Assembly: GCA_001643675.2 (NCBI GenBank)
Contig: LSRY02000051.1
Coordinates: 248,001 to 312,000 of the forward strand
Origin: Monocercomonoides exilis PA203
Taxonomy: Eukaryota > Protista > Preaxostyla
Length of the DNA stretch: 64,000 bases
Reading direction: 5' to 3'
Shown: one piece after another, positions 11,701-24,100 of the stretch
Layout: every line of letters starts with the position of its first letter
Numbering within the stretch: the first letter of the stretch is position 1
Notes under the pieces: generated by a model
What the model was told of the DNA's origin: nothing
Database searches by the model: none
The model's input: the letters and a program-made list of their open reading frames with translations, nothing else
Translations under genes and position numbers: made by a program

Positions 11701-14700
11701 TGTGTTGATGGAGAATATCTTCCTCTTCTTCCACCACATCCCACTCAGACGCATCTGCCTCTTGCACTTCTGTTCTGCTGGTTGTTTTGCTTGCTGTTTT
11801 ACTTGCAGCAGATGATGATGATGTCTTTCCTTTTGTGTTGTTCTGATTGACACCATCCATCTCTTCCTCATCGCTGCACACATCCCACTCTTCCTTGTCT
11901 GACTCATCCACTTCCACTTTGCTTGATGTTTGAGATGCTTTTCCCTTTCCACCTCTGTTTGCACCCTCACCTGCATTTTCTCCTTCCGTCAGTTTCTCTC
12001 TTTCTTTTTCTTCTTTCTTCTCTTTTGCTCTTCTTTCTCTTCGTTCTTTCCGCTTCCTTTCCAATTTCTCCTTCCTCAGCCTCAATCTTTCTTCTCTTTC
12101 CTTCTTGTACTCTTCCTCCTCTGCCTCCACATCCTTCTTCTGCCTCTCCTCTTCCTCTGTCTTCTTCCTCTCTTCCCATTCTGATATCTCCTCTCCAATC
12201 TCTCCGCTGTCGCTCTCTTCATTCCCATCCGTCTTGTGCAGTTTGAGTTTCTTCCTCTGCTCATTCCTTCCCTGCCTGTCGTGCTGGAGCCATCGCAGCC
12301 ACACAAAATGCACATCTTCCATTGCCAACAGACGCTGTCTATGCTCTTCGCTCGTCAGCAGACGCTGATGGCGCAACAAACAAGGCATCAGAAACGGATT
12401 CTGCTTTGCCTTCAGCTTCAGATGAAGCACATGTGGAGGTAGAGTGTATGGCTGGATGGTGATGGTCAAGGAACGAGGAGTGATTGATGGAACAAGAGAA
12501 GATCCAGAAGAAGAGGTTGCCAGAGAAGATGTGGAAGAGCCTGAAGCAGACAAAGATGGAGGAGCAAAAGATGGGAGTGGCAGCACTGTTGTCGTTGGAG
12601 AGGCAGTGACAGAAGAAGTAGAGAGAGAAGAGGCAGAAGCAGAGCGAGGCTGAAGATGGATGGATGAAGAGGGAAGCGAGAAAGAAGGAGAGAAAGGTGA
12701 GAGATGCAAAGATATTCCTCTCTGAGACAAACGTGCAGAGCGACGAATGGATGTGTCTTCTTTGGGCAGTGGAGGAGGGACTGGAGGAGGAGGGGGCATT
12801 TCATCATCATCGTCATCATTGCTGCCACTTTTATCACTTTCTTTGCCATCATCCACTGTTGGAACAGCCTTCCCCAAGCTGTCTGTGTTGAGCGTTCCTT
12901 CATTCTGTTCAGACAGAGCATCTTCTGTTGGAATGGAGTTCTTCTCGTCCAACGAGACAGGAGGAAACGGTGGCAGAGGCATTGGCTCTTCATCATCATT
13001 CTCATCATTCTCAAAGGAGTCTGTCTTATTGGGCTCTTTTGGAGTGATTGGCTGTCCTTCTCTTGGTGACACAATCACCGCAGGCGCATCAATCGACTCT
13101 TCATCTGGACTCTGCACTCTCTTATCTTCTCCCTCTCCTTCTCCTCCTCCTTCTGCATTCTGCTCTGCTTTCAGCTCTTCCTCCTTCTTCCTCAGCTCAT
13201 CTGCCTTGTGGCACCCTTCCAATGTCCCCCCTTCACACGAGCAGTCACACGACCCATCGTCATCGTTCTCTTCAGCTGCTATTGCATCACTCCCTCCGCT
13301 TTCACTGGCTGTGCTTGTCTGCTCAGCTGAGTCAGACTCTGAATCAATGGTAGTTCCAAGCTCCCGCATCCGCTGCCTCTCCTTCTCCTTCGCTCTTTCT
13401 TTCTCTCTCTCTTCCCTCTCCTTCCGTTTGATCTCTTCCTCATGCTGCAGCTGGTGCTTCCTCAGCACATCATGCTGGTTAGTCTCCCACTCAATGCTCT
13501 CTTCATCAGTCACTGCAAAGTCCTCCTCCCACATGTTGGGCTTCTCCATTGCTTTGTCCTTCTTCCCTTCCTCACTCTCATCCACAGCAGCTGTCACCGT
13601 CTCCTTCGGAGGCAGCACATCTGCTGCTGCTGCGGCTTCAACAGAGTCTGCTACGAAGTCTGCTTTGATCGACTCCTCCTCTTTCTCCTTCTTCAGCACA
13701 AACGCCTTCTTCTGCTCTTTTGCCAGGCGGAGGGTGTTTAGTGGAGGAGCAGGGGGAGGAGGGAGAGGCTGGGAATGGAGGAGCGAGTAGAGGTATCCAA
13801 TTGTGCGGAAGAGAAGGAAATGGAGAGGAGATTTGATGTGTGCAGCGAAGGACTGGATGATGTCCAGTTCATTTGCACTTGTTCTGTCTGTGCTGTTGGA
13901 ATAGCTCAATTCTGTTGCAATGTGCACGCCGCTGCTTTGAAGAGGAGAAGATGGATTCTCTGACAAAGATATTGATGATGATGATACTGTTGATGATGTT
14001 GTTGACGATGTATTGACTGATGTATTGATCGATGCCACAATGTCTGCCAGCTCAGCAAAGTATGAGATGTGAAAGGGAGTGACAAAGTATTCCATCCATT
14101 TCGAATCCATTTGGATATTCTTTTTGATAAGTTCAATGTTCTTCTTTTGTTCTGGTGACAATTCTGCTGTTGTGTTGAACTGTGTCTGCTTCTGCACAAA
14201 ACGCATCAGCACCTCTTTCGAATCGCTGGATGATAAGTTTGTTGAAGTTGTTGTTGAACTTGAAGCAGAAGCAGAAGAGGAAGAAGATTCAGCAGCAGAA
14301 GAAGATGAAGAAGAAGTTTGATCATTCAGCTGAATTGATGGAGGAAACTCTTCAATGAACTCACTCTTCCTTCCTCTCTGCATCATCAGCATGTGCAGAT
14401 GTGCCTGTGAACAAGGAGGAGGGGCGCCAACAAGCACGATGTGGCTGAGAGAGTAATGAGGAGGAGAAATAATGTTGGAAGAGGAAGAGGAAGAGGATGA
14501 TTCATGTGTGGTGTTGAGAGTGAAGGAGAAGAAGAGAGAGCGATGGAGAGGATGGTCTGGCTGGATGGGGATGGAAGAGCCGAAGAAGAGAGAAGAAGGA
14601 GAGAGAGAGTAAGAGACACGAGGGGAGGAAAGAGAAGAGGAGGAGAAAGAAGCAGAGAGAGGGAGAGGGGCAGAGGCAGAGGCAGAGGCAGAGGCAGAGG

Positions 14701-15665
14701 AAGAGGAAGAAGAGGATGAGTGAAGGAGTTGTGTGGAGAAGAATGAGGTGTATGCAGACATTGCTCTGGCAGCAGATGAAGTGGTAGAGAGGCTGAAATA
14801 TGACCAGAAATCTGGTGGAGAAAGGGAATCTGAATGGTTCGTGACGGAAGAAGAGGAAGAGGAAGAAGAAGAGAAGGAAGAGAAAGAAGGAGAAGAAGGT
14901 GTCGGTGTCATAGAGCAAGAGCAGAAGGAGAGGAGAGGAATGTTGTTTGAGTTCATTGTGAGGGAAAAGAGATGATCTTCAGTCAGAATGGAGAGTGTCT
15001 GCTTGATGTGGATCTGAATGCCTGCCTCAGATGTGGTGGCAGATGAAGATGACTTATTGGAAGAAGAGGAAGAAGAAGAAGAAGAGGATGATGATGAAAG
15101 AGATGATGATGAAGAGGATGTTGTTGTTGGTGTTGGTGTTGTTGTTAATGATGATGATGTGGAATGATCAGAAGAAGAAGAAGAAGATGATGATGGTGCA
15201 TATGAAGATATGGACAGACGAGAACTGGGATATCTGGAAGTTGTAGTTGAGGAAGAGGAAGAGGAAGAAGAAGAAGATGCAGAAGAAGAAGAGGAGGAGG
15301 AGCTTGTTTCATTGCCTTGATTCGTCAAAGAAGTCTTCATTTTATTCGATCTCTGATACATCAGCTGTGTCATAGACAATGTTTTTGCATATCTTCGTGC
15401 CACAATCCATTTGGGCAGCTCCTTCACAGCCCCGTTCTTCCCTTTCTGCTCGTCAGCCTGCTGATATCTTGCTTTGACTGCTCTGATAAGTGACTGCTTT
15501 CTCAAATCTTGTTTTCTGATTGATTCTGCCACGAAGGGAGACAAAGACTCGACAACTGGAAGGACACTGGCAACAGCAGAGACATAATGTGGATGGGGGA
15601 TGAGAGAGGAAGGGGTGAATGAAGAGGGAGAGGAGAACTTGTGTGAAATGAGGGAGGAAGAGGAG

Positions 15666-15699
<34 letters not shown>

Positions 15700-18600
15700 G
15701 AGAAGGAGAAGATAGTATGCATTGATCATTAAGAGAAGGGTCAGAAAGAGACAAGAAAAGACTCTGTTTGTTCTTGCGAGCCAAGCAATAGTGTGATGAA
15801 ATGAGCTGATGGAGTGGATTGGCCACAGGAAAAGTGGAGAAGCAGAAGGGAAGACTGAACATGTTGGTGAATGACTGAGAAGAAGAAGAAGAAGATAAGG
15901 AAGAAGACAAGGAAGATAAAGAGGAGGAGGGAGAAAGAGAAGAGGAAGAGGAGGAGGAGGAGGAGGAAGAGGATGAAGAATTAGAAGAGGCAGCAGAAGT
16001 GGCAGAAGCAAAAGGAGTGGAAGATGAAGCAGAGATGAAAGATATTTGAGAATCACCTGAGCTTGTTGTCGCGACAGGGGGAGGAGGAAGAGGTGGGAGA
16101 GGAGGAGAAGAACGAGGATTGCCATTGGAATTGGAAGAAGCAGGAGGAGAAGGACATCTTGTTGAAGAGGCAGACACAGACTGTGTTCTTCCGCCTGCGC
16201 CATCACCCGCTGGCTTCAGAGCAGATGGCACATTTGGCCAGAGATGAATGTTGATGGGCACAAAGAGAGGGTAAAAGGAGTCATCTTCACAGAAGTCGGA
16301 GGGAGGAGAAGAAGATGCCATCAGCTGGGAGATGATTTTGTGGGGGATGGAAGAGACAGGGAAGCGGAGGGCAGAGTCTAAAGTGTCGGCGAAGAAGGGG
16401 AGGAGAGAAGGGGAGGAAGGAGGAGAGGAGGAGGTAGATGAGGAAGAGGAGAAAGAAGAAGAAGAAGAGAATGTTATTTTCTTTTCGCGTGTGAGGGAGA
16501 CGAGGGAGGAGTGGAGGAGAGAGAGGAAGCGAGGGGACACATTCAGCAGAACACTCGAAGAGAGTGTGTGAGGAGGAAGGAGGATGGTTGGCGGGTGGAG
16601 GGAGTATGCAGAGCGGGAGGAGGGAGGGGCAGGGCAGAGGATGGTGAGAGAGGAAAGAGAAGAAGAAGAGGAAGAGGAGGAGGAAGAAGAAGACGTGGAT
16701 GAGAGGGAAGAGGAGGAAGAAGATAAGGAGATTGTTCTTGGCATAGATGATTGAGATGAAGATGATATTTTTGTTGGCTGAAAGGCAGGAACATTCGGTC
16801 TGACTGCTTCAGCAGCCTTCGTCTTCGTTGGGTTCATTGCATCTTCTCCTTTCTCACTCACTCCAGCTGTTTTGTTCATTGACTGCTTCTGCTGTTGCTG
16901 CTGTTGTTGATTCCATTGCTTTTCTGCTGCTTCTTCGTCTGCATGTTCTCTGATGAACTTCAAGTCAGGCACATCCAACAGAACAGAGAAGAAAGGGGTG
17001 AGGTGTTTCTCTCTGAGAATAGCGAGGAAAGGGAAGAAGGGTGTGAGATATTGCTCTTTCTCAACAGAACCAGAAGAGGAAGAAGAGGAAGAGGAAGAAG
17101 AAGAAGATGATGTATGTGTCATCTGAGAGATCAAATGAGAAGAAGAGGATGATGATGATGATGAAGCAGTTGAAGGAGATGCATAGTTCACAAGCGATTG
17201 AAGCAACTTTGCCACAAGAATCAGATTTCGTCTGGCTGTTGCATTGATCGTTACTGACTCTGCTTTCACACCCGACTTCTGATGCTCAGCAGACGAAGAA
17301 GAAGCAGTCTTTGAAGAGATAGCTGGGATTTTACTAGCACTGGCATTGCTCTTATTATTGAAATTATCCTTTTCTTTCCCATTCTCTTTCTCTCTGTTCT
17401 CGTGCTGCGTGCTCTTTGCTTTGAGCAGTCCGTATCCATCTGGATTGAAAATGGCTGGAGAGACAAAGCGGAGGAAGAAGAACGACCCAACAACAGCATT
17501 CCTCTCAGACTCAGTCAACACACCCGGATGAGAAGATGAGGCTGATGCATTTGAAGAAGAAGAAGAAGAAGAAGAAGAAGAAGAAGACGCAAAAGAACTG
17601 CCAAACGCATTTCTACTTCTGACTGCAGGCGATGTGATCAGTTTCCCATTCGCTGCTGACTTCTGCCTCTCCTTCTCCTTCTTCTCTCTTTCAATGCTTT
17701 CTATCCTCCTTGCCACATGATGTGCGATCTCCCTGCACAGCCAGCGGATGCCCCACGGAATGCGGTGGACGGAGTCTATCACTGCAAACAGAACAGCACT
17801 CAGCACTTTCTTCATCTCCCTTTGCCTCCTCCGCAGCGACGACTGCAGCTCCAAAGGAAGTGGCGCCTCGTTCTGACCAGACTGGCCAATGGGATCCAGC
17901 CGGATGCGCATCTGCTTCGCAATCTTCAGCGGATCAAGCTCCAAATCCAGTGGGTGGTCTGATGTTGTCGAGGCTACGACTATTTTTTGTAAGGGTTCGC
18001 CTAAGCTCTCAGACAAAAAACGTAGTCCTTCAGAAGATCTGATGAAGTTAACCCATTGAAATGAACATTTGTCGAAATTGTCAAAAAATAAAAAAACCAT
18101 CAGAGAAGGCTATAATATCATAAAAAACAAACTTTGCGTAACTAGTCAACATTTTTGATGCAAATGTATTTGTTCTCAAGAAATTTCGAGGATCTCTTGC
18201 AGAATTTACTTCTTCTCGAACAGTTGCCTGAAAAAATATTCAGAAAACAATAAATGAACATGCATTCAAAGCTGCTATAAATATAAGCAACAAACTGAAA
18301 TCAATCGCAACTGCAATTCGTTTTCAATAAGTGAAAAAGATGTTGGAAATAATTGTGTCATCACGTCGTTGACAAAAGCGTCCATGTCTGCACTTGGTAT
18401 TTCTTTAGATATTCGTATGATGAATTGCGGATATGTTCGGAGAAGATATATCGCACATCCATATTTCTGCAAAGAAGCAACCAATCAATATCAAAATTTA
18501 AAACAAATATTCATACCAATTCTTTGTCCCAAAAAGGAAACGCCTTCTTTCTAAATGATTCCTTGACTTTTTTTAATTGCAAAGTTAACTCTGGAAGCTG

Positions 18601-18857
18601 AACTTTTGCTTGAGAAAAAAGCAGCTTCATGCATAAAATTGTTGCTTGTTCGAGCTCAATGTCTCGCTTCTGTTTTTGAAGAACAACACTTTCAAGTTGT
18701 GAGGATTCCAAAAGTTGTTCTTATAATTATAATTTTAACAACGATTACAATGCTATTGACTCAAAAAAGCGAAAAGTTACAAACCGATGTGATCATCTTT
18801 ACTCGCGATTTTCTCTTTCAGAAAAGTCTGAAGTTGCTGTAAAACTTGAAGTGTCAT
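8799..18857 (-). CDS. Giant (~3,200 aa) RasGAP of the Gap1/IQGAP-related type with very large Ser-rich and acidic insertions
   Basis: The 5' exons give YGCAIYLLRTYP..FVNDVMTQLF, NFLRTNTFASKMLTSY (Arg finger) and LDLELDPLKI. The large exon contains IPWGIRWLCREI, FFFLRFVSPAIFNPDGYGL and RRNLILVAKLLQSLVN. The start is inferred at ATG 18857 (MTLQVLQQLQTFLKEKIASK). The last exon is ORF 8799-9776. Confidence 0.85.
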
Positions 18858-19071
18858 TGAACTTACGCGCTTATCAATGATGTATGTGATGCTTCTGGCT
18901 ACAGAGAAAAGAATTTGATTGGTACGTCGGACAAGGTATTTTTTAGATCAATCATTTTTTATTCACAAACAATTTTTACAATCATAAAAACTTAACGTAT
19001 ATTTTTTAATCAAACCAATAGCTCATAAAAATTAATTCATAAACTTAACTGTGCCGAAACGCAAAATAACA

Positions 19072-21119
19072 TTAATGCAAAATATTTGAAGGAATTTGAA
19101 TCAAATGATGACCTGGTAATTTTACAATTTGGTCTATAAATCCTCCGCTGAAGATAATTTTATAAAAAATAAAATAAAAAATAAAGAAATTAGTATAAGT
19201 TGTTTAATATAATAAAAAGAAGCATACCCAGATACGGCTACAGTCACTGTATTTACATCAAACAGAGAGGCAGAAGAAGAAGAGGAAGGCATAACAGCCA
19301 TCATATGAACAGAAGCCTGCCCAAAAGGAGGGAGCAACATCATTGACTGTTTAGTCATTCATTCAAAGAAACAATAAATTGGAATAAAAAAGAAAAAAAC
19401 AATTGTTTAATAGAAATATTCAATATAATCAAACAAAATAAAAAAGATAAGAAATAACAGACTTTAGTCTTTCCCGCAATGAAAGGGGTGCCTTCCACCA
19501 CGTTTGAGGAGATCAGCATGGAGTCTCTTGCAGCCTGTGTCTTTGGGAGAGGCAGGAATTCATTCTGAGAGAGAAGAGGAAGAGCAGCTGAGGCGAAGGT
19601 GGTGGATGAGACAGCCTTTGCAAAGGCAGATGGCTCAGAAGAGAAAGGAGAAGAGGAAGAGGAAGAAAGAGAAGAAGAAGAAGAAGAAGAAGAAAGAGAA
19701 GGTGAAGAAGAAGAAGGCTTCATTGAAGAAACACTCTTGGCAGAAGGGAAAAGAGGAGGAGGTGGAGGGGGAGCTGCTTGGCTGGATGGATCAGAAATAG
19801 AAGAAGAAGAAGAGGAAGGGGAGATTGCAGACAATGATGCATTGCAACGATGAAGAGAAGGAGAAGAAGAACGAGAGGAAGAAGCAGAAGACGAAGGAGA
19901 CGAAGGAGAAGAAACAGAAGGAATCACAAAAGAGGAGGAAAACAGAGAAGAAAGAGGGATGCTGCTGTTGTGGCGGTGCTTGATGATCCAGTTTGTGTGC
20001 GTGAGAGGCGAATGAGGAGAGGAAGAAAGAGGCGAAGGTGAATCAGATGAAGAATGTATTTTTTCATTCAATTTACTTTGAGAAGCAGAAGAAGAAGGAG
20101 AAGAAAGAGCATTTTCATTTGAATCATCAGGACATGTCATGAGTGAAGTGACAGCAGAGGCAGAGAAGTGGAGGAGTTCAGATGATTGCAATGAAGACCC
20201 ATCGGCTGAATGACACAGAGCAAAGCCAGATGCACTTTTGCTGACAACAGAAGAAGCAACAGAGTCAGCAGAGTGGAGGAGAGAGAGAGGAAGAGAGGCA
20301 TTTCTTGTCCCTCTGGCAATGGATGATGCATGCGTGGCTGTGCCTGCTAAGGAAGATGAGGATGGAGAAGGAGAAGGAGATGATGATGAGAAAATGGAGA
20401 GAGAAGCGGAGGAGTCATCTGATGAAAGAGAAGAAAGAGAAGAAGAAGAAGAATACGATGATAACAATGACGATGAAGCAGAAGCAGAAGCAGAAAAAGA
20501 AGAGCTATCTTCAATCTTAGCAGAACATTGCTCAACAACAAAAGAATGACAGAAAAGAGGCTCAGAAAGAGATGCAATGGAAGAAGAAGAGACTTGAGGG
20601 AGAAGAGGAAGATATGCCCAACTGCTAAAAGTGCCAAAGGCGCTCCTTTCTGAGTCAGCTGGAAATGGATTGTATAAAACAGCTGTGGGAGGACGCTTCC
20701 CATTTACAGAATGACAAGATTTATCCTTTAAGACGATGCTGTTTCCTTTAGATGTCTTCATCATAACGGTAACATTGCAATCTTTCCCCTCCTTTTTGTC
20801 AGCATTCTCCTGTGTCTTGTTTCTATCAGCAGCAGAATGAGTGTAATTCCACATCATCTTCCTCATGTTCGACAGGGTCTTGCTGGACGGAGGGAGCGAT
20901 GAAGGAACAGGCCATCTGATGTGATGATAGGCAGTGGAGACAGAAGCAGTGGGAGAGGGGTAGAGAAGAGATTGCTGACAGGGCGTGGCTGAGGGAGTAG
21001 AAGAGACAGTGTCACTCAGAGGCTCCATTGAGACCGAGAGGACTACACAGCGGAGGAGGAAGGGCGTGTTGTTTGAGAGAGAAAGATCGAGTGACACACA
21101 AATGGTAGAAGAAGAAGAA

Positions 21120-21152
<33 letters not shown>

Positions 21153-24100
21153 GATGAAGAAAGTGAAGTTGACTGTTCGGAAAGAGCATCTTCTTCTTTT
21201 CCAAAGAATGGAGAGACAATTGATTGAATTACGTTATAACAAACTTTTTCATTCATATTCTTTTTATCATAATGATTGCACTGGCAATGCTGACAATCAG
21301 AAGAGGAAGGAAAAGAAACAAAACGAGTGTGTGAAAGAGAGAGAGAGACGGGTGAAGCGATGGAAGTGGACCATTGGGACTTGTACATTGAGGAGGAAGA
21401 GTGGCGATGTGCAGAAAGAGACAGGGGAGGCACACGAACTGGCTGAGAAGGAGAAGGAAGAGGAGAACGGGTGCTTGGAGAGGAAGAGGATGCAGAAGAG
21501 GAAGCTGAGCCAAATGCATTCGCAGCAGAAAAGGGATTCTTAGAGGAAAGAGAAGGAGGAGGCATAGGAGTGAGAGAGGTGGAAGAATAAGAAGAGGAAG
21601 AAGAGGAAGAGGAAGCAGATGAGACCAGCTCTGATGAAGATAAAGGAGCATACGGAGGGTGTGTGGTGAGGCGAAGTGTGGGAGATAGCGGAGAAAAAGC
21701 AGAAACCAACGAGGCAGTCTTCAGGGGATCCGAGAAGCCTTCAAAGGAGCAATTGTGAGTGGAGCAGGATGTTTCGTGTGGCAGACAAACATAAGAAGGG
21801 TCGAAGCTATGAGGAATCAAGTGCTGCAGAGGCGTGTGACGTGTGGGAGCAGAAGCTGAGGCAGAATGGAGAAAGGCCTTCAGAGCAAATGAGCTGGAGA
21901 AGGGAAGCCATTTTGTGAGAGCATTTGGCTGGGCGGAGGCTGTTGGGGATGCGAACTGGGGTTTGATCTTTTGCTGCTGGAAGGAGTCAACAGAAATATT
22001 AAAGATGTTCGACTGGCTGCGATAGACAATCACTTCTGTGAGCACTTTTCTGCACAGCGGAGAAGATGAGACAGAAGATGGAGATGCCAATGACAGTCTT
22101 TGGGAGAGTCTGCTGCGATGGTGATGATGATGGCGTGGTGTGCCCTTTGTCTGCTTGGATGGGATGTCCTCAATCAGAGGAGCAGTTGCTTCATCCACAC
22201 CCGGCCCAAACAGTTCTCTCAGTCGCTTTCTTTCTTCCTCTTTCGCTTTTTCCATTTCTTCCTTTGCTGCATCAAAAGTACTCTGTAATTTCTGACTGGC
22301 TTCATCCAATGCATTCAATTTCTTTTCATCAGATTTGCTTCTTTCTTCGCTTCCCACTTCTTCTCCTTGTGTCTCATTCTCTTCTGCTTCAGCATCTTTC
22401 AGCACAAATGCAACTGCACTCCAGAATATCGAGAGATGGAGAGTGCTTATCTGATTCAGATGTGACTCCAGCCACTCATCTATGATTTCATCTCCAACTG
22501 TCCTCAACCCTAAGCAAGTGCCTTGTTTGAATAGCCTTGTTTCATTCTGTCCTGCATCCGTATTGGAATCATCTCTTTTCTCTGCTATTTCCATGTGCAG
22601 CTGCGAAGAGCTTGCCATTTCTCTCAATTCTGCTGTTTCTGCTCTACGTCTGAGGAATGTCTCTCTGTCAGCATCAGACATGGCAGAAGAGCCATCCTCA
22701 GTGTCAGTGGATGGATTGAATTCAGTTGATTGTGAATGGAACAGAGCATCGTGTTCAGCAACAAAGAACGGGAAGACTGGGAAGCTACTCATTGGAATGA
22801 CAGATACATTTGAGTTAGTCAAAGAAGAGGAAGAAGAGGAAGAAGAGGAGGAAGAAGAGATAGATGCTGATGGTTTATTTTCATTTGAGGTATTTTTATT
22901 GAGAAGAAGATCATTTGTGCAGTAGAAAGGTGACAACAGTCCAACAGGATCATCATCATCATGAACATGAGTATCCAAAGCTCCAATGCAGCTTTCCTGT
23001 AAATGTGTTGATGAATGAGATAATTTCTTGCATTGCTTCACTTTCTTTATCGTTCTTTCTGTTTTCTTCGATTTCTTTCCTTTCTTTTTCTTGCCTTGTG
23101 CACGTTTAGTTGATTGCGTTTCTTCATTGTTGGTAGCAGGCTCCGTCTCAAACTGATTTAATGGCATTGGCACCTCTGATTGTGCATCTTCTTCTCCTTG
23201 AACACATTCATGCTTTTCTTCCACTTGTTGTGCATCAATTACCACTTCAATCTTTTGCTCAGTTCTTTTTCCATCTTCACTTCTGATTCCCATCTTCATT
23301 CTCTTCAAAGCCGCTTTCCTTTTCGCAGTTTCTGATCTTCTGATCTGCTGCGATGTCCTCAGAACAAGTCTGAAATGCAGCTCAACTGTCTGCTGCGGAT
23401 AGAGAAGCAACAGTCCATCTTCAACCGCTTTGTTTTCATCGACTTCTGATGTGCTTGTATTCTCAGAGTAATTACTTGATTCTAATTGATTCAATGGAAC
23501 CAGATAGAACAGAGGAGAGATGAGTGATATCTGATTCAAGCGAATAGCTGTTGGAATAACTTCATCTGATGAAAAATCCAAAGAAGAAGAAGAAGAAGAA
23601 GAAGAAGAAGAAGAGTTTGCGTATTCCTGTTGTGCATCGTCTCTTCCTTTCCTTCCGCTCTCTGTTTTTGTCTGAAACTTGTTGAATGGAGATTTCTGTG
23701 AAGAACGAGCCATTGTGTTAGTGAGTTTCAGATGGAGTATCAATGAAGATGCATTTGTGGTGCTGCGGACAACAGAAGCAGAAGCAGCTAAAGATGGAAG
23801 CTCTGATGATAAGACAAGTGGAGGCGGTGGGGCAACAGTGCTGGATGATAACGAAGGGCCATTTGACTGATAAGACGAAGGGCTCGGCTGTGGAGTGAGT
23901 GATGGATAGATCGGGGTGAATGAATAGAGTGTGCGAGAGATGCGGAAAGGAAGGGATTCCATTCCTCCGTTTGAGAGATAAGGATGAGAAAGAGAGGAAG
24001 ATGAAGAGGAAGAAAGTGATGTGGTGGATGTCATGGGAGAGCGAGAGGATGTTCTGGATGGTGTTGAAGGAGGTGAGGGTGTAGAAGCAGGAGACACATA

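Noticed and set aside
18858-18955. ATG at 18955 as the RasGAP start
   Set aside because: That frame stops after 18 codons and no splice combination rescued it. ATG 18857 is in the conserved frame.
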